Of a stretch of DNA of 64,000 bases, positions 53,549-64,000 are shown one piece after another. The position numbers were made by a program, and so were the translations under genes. Within the stretch, counting starts at the first letter, position 1. Each line of letters starts with the position of its first letter. Origin of the DNA: Octopus vulgaris (lineage: Eukaryota); assembly GCA_951406725.2 (NCBI GenBank), contig OX597824.1, forward strand, positions 11,036,001 to 11,100,000, read 5' to 3'. The notes under the pieces were generated by a model that worked only from the letters and a program-made list of their open reading frames with translations, was not told the DNA's origin and ran no database searches.

Positions 53549-53752
53549 ATCATCATCATCATCATCATCATCGTTTAACGTCCGTTCTCCATGCTAGCAT
53601 GGGTTGGACGGTTCGACCGGGGATCTGGGAAGCCTGAAGGCTGCACCAGGCTCCAGTCTGATCTGGCAGTGTTTCTACAGCTGGATGCCCTTCCTAACGC
53701 CAACCACTCCTTGAGTGTAGTGGGTGCTTTTTACGTGCCACCTGCACAGGTG
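53549..53752 (-). mobile_element. RTE 3' end, tail-to-tail with the previous element
   Basis: (CAT)n-CGTTTAACGTCCG motif. Confidence 0.85.
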
Positions 53753-55359
53753 CCATATATATATATATATATATATATATGTATAAAATGAGGGTTTTAG
53801 TTCACTGGTGATCTAAATGAATAGGTACACTGTGTAAGTAGTATAGTTTGTCATCCATTAGGTTCCAGGTTCACAGCTGAGGCTGGAGCTAGGGATCCAT
53901 AGTAGGCTTCTGAGTTAGCAGCTATATACATAACGTTTCTGCCAGCTCTCCACCTGCCTTTTCTGGGTTAATTGTGGGCAAATCTCATCTGATAGATCTG
54001 TCATAAACTTTAGATCTTGATTCAATAATATTGAGAGCTACTGAAATATGTGTAAAATATAGTTTAAACGATATCTAGTTATAGAGGTTAGGCCTTCTGT
54101 AGCCCATTGCATCTCTCGTACACAACCTTGTCATCATCATTGTAATCATCATTGTCATCGTAATCATTATCATTATCATCATCATCATCATTCTCATTGT
54201 TGTTTTAACCTCCTCTTTGTAGTGTATTTCGTGCCAGGTAACTTGACTCTTTCTCTCACCCCAAGAATATCTATGAGAGGAGTTGAACCCTGCACTGTGA
54301 GCAAACACTATAATCACATAATTCTGTCAGTGCTCCCAGAAATGTATGTGTGTGTGTATGTATATGTATTTTTTTAATGCCAAATTGACTGAATCAAGTA
54401 AAATATATAAATATTTAAAAAATTTAATGGGTTATGTTTAAAATGGCATCTCATCTAAGTCACAATGTGTCTTTAATTATGCCTGAAGAACGATGGTTCC
54501 AATTTATGTATTAAATCTTTCTGTAATTTCTATCAGGGACATCCTCCATCTCCACTTAAACAACATTATTGGCTGAACTGCCATCATTACAACTTCTACT
54601 CATGCGAATCCCTTAAGGATCTTTTATTCTGGCTTTTCTTGTAAACCCTTTCCCCTCTTCTGTGCCTTCCATTTACCCAGATATTTTTGGTTAGAAGGGA
54701 ATCAGATTCCACCATTGAATCGACTGATGTAGTGCCTGTCTTACTGCTTGAACTTCCCCCACATGTCTCTTGGGTGTTAATTAATAAGGTAAAGTAAAAA
54801 CGTTTTACTGTGTTAATTAGCTGTCTAGTCTGAAGGGAAGCAACATCCCTAAGAGGTTATTTCTTAACCTTGTCTCATCTCATTTGACGAAAGGTATTAG
54901 GATTCTTCTGTGGCTTACATATTGCTAAACACATTTTCATATTCCTTTTGACTCTGTTTTTATCAACTTCTGTTGTTATATGAGAACTTTACTGTCAATA
55001 TTATTTTAACTCTATAGTCTTTTGGATTAATAAATCATGATATTTTCTCATTTTCAGGGCATTAATAAGTGGATGTGTGACATATCTCTCCTTGGATAGG
55101 ATAATCACAGATAACTTTCAAAGGCAATCTTGATATCTATTTCTCTATATCATTGCTTCTGCTAGGTGAACTGAGACAATGAAGAATTTAATATTTTTCC
55201 CAGAAACTCACCCAAAACACTGGATGTTCATTTGGACATTTGATCTACTAGTTGATAGTCCCAAACCTTATGCAGTTAGTCACTTTGGCTTCTACTATGT
55301 CAGTTCTTCCCCTGGAAATACTTAACTATTTAAAATTGTAATACAAAATTTATGAAGCT

Positions 55360-55760
55360 TCTCTTTTACTCTTTTACTTGTTTCAGTCATTTGACTGTGG
55401 CCATGCTGGAGCACCGCTTTTAGTCAAGCAAATTGACCTCAGGGCTTATTCTTTATAAGCCTAGTACTTATTCTATCAGTCTCTTTTGCCGAACTGCTAA
55501 GTTACGGGGACGTAAACACACCAGCGTCGGTTGTCAAGCGATGTTGGGGGGACAAACACAGACACACAAGCATATACACACACACATACATAAATATATA
55601 TTTACATATATACAACAGGCTTCTTTCAGTTTCCATCTACCAAATTCACTCACAAGGCTTTGGTTGGCCCAAGACACTTGCGCAATGTGTCACATAGTGG
55701 GACTGAATCCAGAACCATGTAGTTGTTAAGCAAGCTACTTACCACACAGCCACTCCTATG
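55360..55760 (-). mobile_element. SINE family B
   Basis: Full reverse copy. Confidence 0.9.
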
Positions 55761-55987
55761 CAAAGGTCTATCAAAGAAAAGGCACCAAAGACAGAATTGT
55801 CAATGATAATCTCATATGTTCTTTATCCCATTGGGTTCTGAGTTAAGCATCTGTTGCTTCTATTTTGGCTGGTCAACTATCTACTGATAAAAAGATAAAA
55901 TTTCTTGATTTGTCTACCAGAGATCTGAATGGGTAGTTTGCTGATGTCAACAATCCTTGATAGCATCCTGCTTGTTGTTTATTATTA

Positions 55988-56509
55988 CTGTAAATCCTCG
56001 AGTATAATTTGCATTTTTTCCCCCAAATTTAACGGTCAAAATCCCTAGTGCATACTATATACGAGGTTAAAAATGAAAAATATTTTCTAAGCAATGTCCG
56101 AGTCTCTGTTTGCTGTCCGGAAATGTTTATTCAGATGCATTTTGTGATGTCAGGCACGAAAATACCTTAAGCTAAGCCTGAATGCAATGAAGTCCTAAAA
56201 GCATCATCCATAATTTGCAGTGAGCAACATTTCTTAAAATAAAAGTATTCAGAACACAGAATAACATGTGACATAAACAATTTGCAAACATATTTACATT
56301 CCCATATAACAGTTAAGAACATCACCATTATTGTATTATGCATGCGCGGAAGTGTTTTTTCAACTAGGTGCTGCTGGCTTAATTACGCATGACTCAAGTT
56401 AGAGAAGTGGTGCACGTTATACACAAGGTCTAGGTTTTTCAGAGGTACAGCACCCTAAAAATCCCCTGCGTATTATACTCAAGAGCGGACTATACTCGAG
56501 GATTTATGG
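55988..56509. mobile_element. Tc2/pogo-like MITE
   Basis: Same TIRs as 43588-44098, TA TSD, different central segment. Confidence 0.9.
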
Positions 56510-57518
56510 TACTTTCACATTTGAACATAGTTTTTTGGGGGTTCTATTCTGAAATAGTGAATTGGTGTTTGGGGCTCTATCAACATTCCTGCTTCAGGCT
56601 ACTAGCATAGTTTCTCTTCCTTATATTAAATAATTAAAAGTAAATAAATGATCTATAATAATAATTGAAATCATATAGTCCTTGAGATATGCATTAATCT
56701 AATTTTCTCTGCTTTTGCAAATGTACTTGTGTAAGAAATACCTTTTTCACAGAGAAATATGTATATATTTTTAAAAGTATTTTATGAACAACATGTGAAC
56801 AAACAAAAAAATGTAAGTAGGAGATTTGTGAGTTGAGATTAAATCACATCATATTTAAGTTCTTCATTTTAATTAATTACTTCCTTTTTATACAACTGAG
56901 AATTTATAAAACAAGTAAAATGATACAGCTAATTTCTCTGAGACTGTCACTTGAAAAATCTCTTGGAATTTCTCATCATTTGACTGGCATTGGGCCAACA
57001 TATTCCATGGTATCATCTGCTGAAGAAGAATTTAACGAAATATCAGATATAAAGTGACAAGCCCCTGATTAATGTAGCAAGTGTAAAACAACTGATCCCA
57101 TGGTTAGGGGCTGTAAAGAGAGGAGTTAATATATTCAGAGTTATTTGAATTAAAGCTCTAATTTTAAACTTCACTGGAGTCAAACATTGCATCTCATCCC
57201 TCTGGTGGGAGTCAAAAATTTAAGGACTAGGATGAAGGACAATATCTCACTCTTTCTCTTTTACTCTTTTACCCGTTTCAGTCATTTGACTGTGGCCATG
57301 CTGGAGCACTTCCTTTAGTCGAGCACATCGATCCCAGGACTTATTCTTTGTAAGCCTAGTACTTATTCTATCAGACTCTTTTGCTGAACTGCTAAGTTAC
57401 AGGGACATAACCACACCAGCATTGGTTGTCAAGCGACGTTGGGGGGACAAACACAGACATACAAACATATACACACACATACATATACATTTATATATAT
57501 ATATATATATATAGTAAC

Positions 57519-58098
57519 GTATATTTGCCATTTAAATATGGCTAACCCCTAAGGGTGGATGCTACTGTAGTTTGTAGTCCCAGGAGGACACCTCCTCCAG
57601 CTGGCTATAGACACACTTTCTGTGCCCCATCAGTATTTGCAAAGGGAAGCCATCCTTCCTGTCTTCAACTTATGATACACACGGACTCGAGTTTCTGGGT
57701 ATTGACCCGTCATCGGCGTGTGACAATCACAGTTGTCGATGAAAAGTCGGTTCCCTTCACAAATACATATCCCTTTTCCAGTATCGTAAAGACACTGATA
57801 TCGAAAAGGTGTAATCAAGCAATAATAAATCTTAGAGCGAGTTATAAACAGTAGCTGCAACACATTGTGATGTATATTTGCCATTTAAATATGGCTAACC
57901 CGTTGAAGACGGGAAGGATGACTTCCCTTTGCAAATACTGATGGGGCACAGAAAGTGTGTCTATAGCCAGCTGGAGGAAGTGTCCTCCTGGGGCTACAAA
58001 CTACAGTAGCATCCACCCTTAGGGGTTAGCCATATTTAAATGGCAAATATACATCACGATGTGTTGCAGCTACTGTTTATAACTCGCTCTAAGATTTA
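57519..58098 (-). mobile_element. Penelope-type/retrozyme-like element: 353-nt monomer with partial tandem repeat and inverted segment
   Basis: GTATATTTGCCATTTAAATATGGCTAACCC repeats at 57519 and 57872; 57902-58098 is the reverse complement of 57519-57669 joined to 57826-57871; contains a hammerhead fold. Confidence 0.85.
57666..57735 (-). ncRNA. Type I hammerhead ribozyme (U4C variant, palindromic minimal stem III)
   Basis: Sense strand: CAACU-GUGAU-UGU-CACACG CCGAUGA C-GGGU-CAAU-ACCC-A GAAAC-UCGA-GUC^ CGUGUG-U-AUCAU-A-AGUUG; stems I, II and III all pair. Confidence 0.8.
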
Positions 58099-58561
58099 CT
58101 ATTTCTTCAATTATATATATATATATATATATACATATGCACATATATGCGATGGGCTTCTTTCAGTTTCCATCTGCCAAATCCACTCACAAGGATTTGG
58201 TCGGCCCAAGGCTATAGTAGAAGACACTTGCCCAAAGTGCCACATAGTGGGACTGAACCCGGAACCATGTGGTTGGTAAGCAAGCTACTTACCACACAGC
58301 CACTTCTATGCCTTCTCTGTAAATTTCTGAAATTATACCAGTCACCATCATTAACGTTCATTTTTCCATGCTTGAATGGGTCAAATGAATTATGTTGAGG
58401 CAGATTTTCTATGGCTGGATGATGCTCTTCCTGTCACCAACCCTCACCTGTGTTCCCCACGGCCAGACATCTTTTTCTCAGAAGATTGGAAATGAACAAC
58501 ATCACTTGTATGATGATAATGTTCATTTACAAATATTATGTGATGTCAAGACAAGGATGCA

Positions 58562-58615
58562 TACACGCAAGCACACACACAAATGCACACACACACACGC
58601 ACACACAAACACACA

Positions 58616-58652
<37 letters not shown>

Positions 58653-58851
58653 ACAGACACACACACACACACACACACATTCACACACACACACTCACAC
58701 ACACACTCACTCACACATAAACACTCATACACACACACTCACAAACACACATGCACTCACACACACACTCACACACATTCACACACACTCACACACACAT
58801 ACACTCAATCACACACATGCATGCACACACACACACACTCACACACACACA

Positions 58852-58925
<74 letters not shown>
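58562..58925. repeat. (CA)n-rich microsatellite
   Basis: Directly visible. Confidence 0.95.
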
Positions 58926-58926
<1 letters not shown>

Positions 58927-60227
58927 TCTTGCAACAAACTTCTTTCAGTTTCTGTCTACCAAATCCATTCACAAGATGCCACACAGTGGGACTGAACCCA
59001 AGACCATATGGTTCCTAACCACACAGCCACACCTGAACCAGTGTAATAAATAAACCTCTACTTTCAAATCATCACTGTTTGGGCATTCAGTCTATAAGAC
59101 AGGCCTCTATATGGCCAGTCAATCTGCTAGAAATAACAGCCACATCTTCAAATCATACATTGGCATCTCTAAAAAAGAAATAAAAGGACACATTGGATAA
59201 CAACATCTTAAATATACTGCCTGAAACAAAGATGGTATAGTTACATTTAGAATGCTTTTGATCATAGGCCTACTCATTGACATTCATGGCTTACCCTGGG
59301 CTAAAAAACTACTGACATTAATTTTATCAATCAAAGCTGTAGTAGGTGATGCTTATCTCCATCCATCTGCCCCTCACCAGGTAATTTTTTTTTTTGTTTC
59401 TTTTTACATCTTTTAGAACTGTCAATAACAGCCATGTGACTCTGTTGAAGGATTGCTGCCAGCTGATAAGTGAAGAACTGGTGGAGGCTGGTGTGGTGAA
59501 GTGGTGGTAACAAGAAAGGGTATGTGTGTGTGGGGGGCTGGGGCTGGGGGGGGGGGGTGGAGTGCCTCCATTCCCATAGAAACATTTGTGATAGCTGTGG
59601 ATTGCAAATAATGGGGACAATGCGATAACTGAGCGATAGGATGTAAAAAATTAAGGATGGCAAACACAGCTCGTACCTACAGGGGATGTCGTTAAAGAGA
59701 GGGTGTGTTGCCAGCTTGTATAAGGCAAGAGACTAATATGCGTGCTACTTCACTAACTACCTACAAAATCCCTTTGCAATTATTTCGCTGCTTATGTAGG
59801 ATACAACCTTCCATTCTTCACATTGTTTGATCTAGTTCCATTAGCATTTTTTAAAAAAATTTCTTTTTCTTTTTTCTGGTTATCAGTAATTTAAATCCCT
59901 CATTAGCCACTAATAAGGGATCTGTTTCCTTGCAATTTTTTAAAGAGAACTGATTGTCAAATCAACGATAATGAGGATAGAAAGGATGAAATATAAGGCT
60001 TGGAGAAGCCATATTTCAGGTAACATGATGGACTGACCTCATCCTATAATTTGATGTAGTTACAGCAAAATGACTGCATCTGTGGTCAGTAACTTTTGGT
60101 TGGAAAAACATGATTGCAAAAGCTTTTAGTGATGTAATATTTAAAGATCTAAAATAACAAGCTCAGAAATTATAATTCGATGAGGTAATTGGATCATATT
60201 TCAGAGCTATCATATTCAAATATTGTA

Positions 60228-60435
60228 AAGCAGTGAGCTGGCAGAATGGTTAGCGGGGTGAATAAAATGCTTAGTGGCATTTCTACATTCTGAGTTCAAA
60301 TTCCACTGAGGTTGACTTTACCTTTCATCCTTTCAGGGTTGATAAAAGAAAGTACTAGTTAAGTTAAATACTGAAGTTGGTATAATCGACTAACCCCTCT
60401 CCCTTAAATGCTGGCCTTGTACCAAAATTTGAAGC
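60228..60435 (+). mobile_element. SINE A variant, CpG-decayed
   Basis: Consensus CG sites appear as TG/CA (CCACTGAGGTTGAC, TTCAGGGTTGAT). Confidence 0.8.
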
Positions 60436-60781
60436 AGATATATTACAAGATTGTATCAACATTGTCTTAGTAGAAGTGTTGTTGATCAATAACCTAATTA
60501 ACACTAGTTCAAATAATTCATTAAAACATCAAAACAGTTTCTGCCTATACTGGTTGGAAGGGTTTATAAATATTGGCATAAAGCTTTCTGAATGATAAAG
60601 TATTATTTTTCTTTCTTATTATTACATACCATCATCATTTCTTTTCATGTCTGTTTCTTCATATTAGATTCAATGAATTTGTGAGTGGATTTGGTAGATG
60701 AAAACTGAAAGGAGCTCATCATGCATGCGCGCGCGCGTGTATGTATATACATGCACACACATATATATATATGTATGTGTG

Positions 60782-61172
60782 CATCATCATCATCATCATC
60801 GTTTAACGTCCGCTTTCCATGCTACCATGGGTTGTATGATTTTGACTGAGGACTGGCAAACCAGATGGCTGCACCAGGCTCCAATCTTGATCTGGCAGAG
60901 TTTCTACAGCTGGATGCCCTTCCTAACGCCAACCACTCCGAGAGTGTAGTGGGTGCTTTTTAATGTGCCACTGGCACGGGGGCCAGTCAGGCAGTACTGG
61001 CAATGACCTCGCTCGAATCTTTTTACACGTGCCACCGGCACAGGTGCCAGTGAAGCGACATTGGGAACAATCACACTCAAATGGTGCCATTTTACGTGCC
61101 ACGGGTGCGGAAGCCAGTTGGCTGCTCTGGCAACGATCACGCTCGGATGGTGGTCTTGGCACCCTACTAGCA
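60782..61172 (-). mobile_element. RTE 3' UTR fragment
   Basis: Homologous to 38556-38828 and 53350-53540. Confidence 0.85.
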
Positions 61173-62176
61173 CATAGTTGTAAATGTATGTATGTATATG
61201 TGCAATAGTTGTAAATGTTTATAGCAATCATACAAATCATGTTCTTTTCCAGTCTTCCATGAAAAACAAGGCTGACCATAGTAAAATATTGTCTTGCTTG
61301 GAAAAAGGTCAGGAGATGGCAACAGGCAGCGCATCCTGTTGTAGAAAATTTACCTCAACAAATTCCATCTGATCCATGCAAGCATGGAAAAGTGGACATT
61401 AAAAGAAGATGATCAGTGGACATTAAATGATGATGGTCACTGACAGTGAAAAATAAAATGAAAACCGTAAATACTCCTAAATTTTACCTGAAAAGAAAGA
61501 ATATTAAAGTTTACGGTTTGTTGGTTGTTGTTTAACCCTGGGTGAACTTTGGTTGAGGAGGCCTATGATCCTAGATAGTGGTGGACTGGCCAGGTTGCCA
61601 GCTTGCTCGATGGCAAGTGGGCCCCTGTGTTATTAGAATCCATATATGGGGGCCCATGTTAGTATCTAAGGGGCCCTTTCCCTCAAGTTTGAGAATTTTT
61701 TATTCACTCCTGGAAGAATGCATTAATTATTTCAGTCTGGCTGTGTTTGTGGACAGCTGAAAAGAGTCTCATGGCAACCTGTGTGTGCGCATGTGTGTGT
61801 GTATTAAAGGGCTTCTTCCAGTTTCCATTTATCAAATCCACTCACAAGGCTTTGGTTGGCCCAGGTCTATAGAAGACACCTCCCCAAAGTGTCATGCGGT
61901 GGAACTGAACCTAGAACCAAGTAGTTATAAAGCAAGCTTCTTAACCACACTACTAGACCTACACATACAATCACCATAACAATACACATTCACATATTTA
62001 GTTTCAGGAATATTTTTTTTATTGAATTTAAAATAACGCCATTATTCTTTTTGTATGCCATAAAGATGGTTATCTTTTTAATGGAGAAATATCAATATGC
62101 TTTTTTATTAAAGGTCAACGATAAATATATTCATTCCATGACTCCTGCTTTAATATATATAGTTTTTATTCGCATA

Positions 62177-62660
<484 letters not shown>

Positions 62661-62672
62661 CATCCATTTTAA

Positions 62673-62866
62673 CCCCTTGTCCATCCAAAGTATTTTCATA
62701 AATTTGTCCCAAATTCCATGCTTGTTTTTAGATTTTAGTTAATTCTAAAGTCCTAATCTACTCTGGTGGTTCTAAAATAATTAGGAACGTGTATCATGTA
62801 TGATGTGTGGATGTCAGAGAAATATGTTGTGTGTATCACTTGTGATACACAGGACAGGCAAAGAGT
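62673..62866. mobile_element. piggyBac-like MITE (right end shared with ~16030-16098)
   Basis: TTAA|CCCCTTGTCCATCC ... GGACAGGCAAAGAG|TCAA; the same right end at 16085-16098 is followed by TTAA. Confidence 0.55.
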
Positions 62867-63053
62867 CAAGATAAAGGGTAGAATTTGAAGGAGATTTGGT
62901 TGAAATTGTGGTAGGCAGAATGACCATATGGAGGACCCTTTGGTGGTTCATTTGGTTACTCAGCCAACTATTTGTGTACTATATTAGTACTCAGTCAGAA
63001 TGCTCAACCAGAGCTGAGCTGGTGCTACACAACACACAGCAACAACAACAGCA

Positions 63054-63335
63054 GTGGAGGCACAATGGCCCAATGGTTAGGGTAGCGGACTCGTGGTCAG
63101 AGGATCGTGGTTTCGATTCCCATACCGGATGTTGTGTGTGTTTATTGAGCGAAAACACCTAAAGCTCCACGACGCTCCGGCAGGGGGTGGTGGCGACCCC
63201 TGTTGTACTCTTTCGCTCTAACTTTCTCTCACTCTTTCTCCCTGTTTCTTGTCCCCGACTTCCTATGCAACCGCTGAGCCTGGATGCACATTCATCCATC
63301 CGTCGATGCTCTCGGTGTCAGGGGTTCTTCTGCAG
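63054..63335 (+). mobile_element. SINE family C with a third tail type
   Basis: GTGGAGGCACAATGGCCCAATGGTTAGGGTAGCGGACTCG head. Confidence 0.85.
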
Positions 63336-63934
63336 GTCTTACGAATAGCAAAGGACCACATTTCAAACTTCTCCCAAAAGGACGAAGACCACTACGCTCA
63401 ACATCAACAACAACAACAACAACAACAACAACAACCTATATCATCAATATTAATTTCTACAATCAAATGTTATCACTTTGGTTCAACAAACATTTTATTT
63501 TTCATGGAGTTTTACTTACTTAATGTTTTCATACCATCGCATTACATTTACTTGATAACAACACTACGGTTTTACCATTTGCGCTAAATTTTTACCATAT
63601 ATTAGTGATACAAGCATCTCATTTTCATTCTAGAATTTTCCTCTTGGTAATATTCATTAGAATATTATGTGAGAATATTCATAAATCATCAGGAAAGTAT
63701 GAGAGAATATTCATAATGCTACTCAACATTTCCATAACTTAACTATTTCTGACTATAGAAAGTTGAATTGATTGTAGATTATTCACTTGTCCCACATTTT
63801 TTTTCAGATTTCTCTTGCCCCACCTTTGGCCATTCAGTTTGTCCTTTGCACATTAACCCATTTACCATATTTTTTCCGAAATACACTACTTCTGTTTCAA
63901 TTAATTTGGAAAATAATGAAGAATTCAATAATAT

Positions 63935-64000
63935 ATATTTCTTTACTACCCACAAGGGGCTAAACATAGAAGGGACAAACAAGGACAGACAAAGGGATTA
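63935..64000 (-). mobile_element. SINE family A 3' end (runs off the window)
   Basis: TATTTCTTTACTACCCACAAGGGGCTAAAC. Confidence 0.85.

Larger units (their letters stand above)
57250..58310 (-). mobile_element. SINE B split by a hammerhead element inserted in its (TA)n tract
   Basis: SINE halves at 57250-57512 and 58112-58310. Confidence 0.88.

Noticed and set aside
55058-55165. Candidate coding exon (TTTTCAG|GGC...TAG|GTGAAC)
   Set aside because: Weak donor, a stop in the frame checked and no recognisable protein; unsupported without RNA data.

Overview
AT-rich, repeat-dense animal non-coding DNA, most likely from an octopus (coleoid cephalopod). This is inferred from the tRNA-derived SINE families, microsatellite load and TTAGGG repeats. 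No intact protein-coding gene is visible; the long ORFs are translated microsatellites or SINEs. The window holds at least four tRNA-derived SINE types, two tandem SINE arrays, RTE and R4/Dong LINE 3' fragments, two mariner fossils, several MITE families (Merlin-like with internal telomeric repeats, Tc2-like, hAT-like, piggyBac-like) and a solo LTR. A probable CCAAT-rich promoter and first exon lie at about 32.3 kb, followed by a CpG-depleted, probably methylated gene-body half. The top finding is a ~353-nt, ORF-less, Penelope/retrozyme-like unit at 57.5-58.1 kb carrying a type I hammerhead ribozyme fold. A ~165-nt multi-hairpin domain follows the ribozyme, and it recurs with different stem sequences but the same pairing in a highly diverged relative at 11.0-11.2 kb. 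All coordinates and counts were read by eye.
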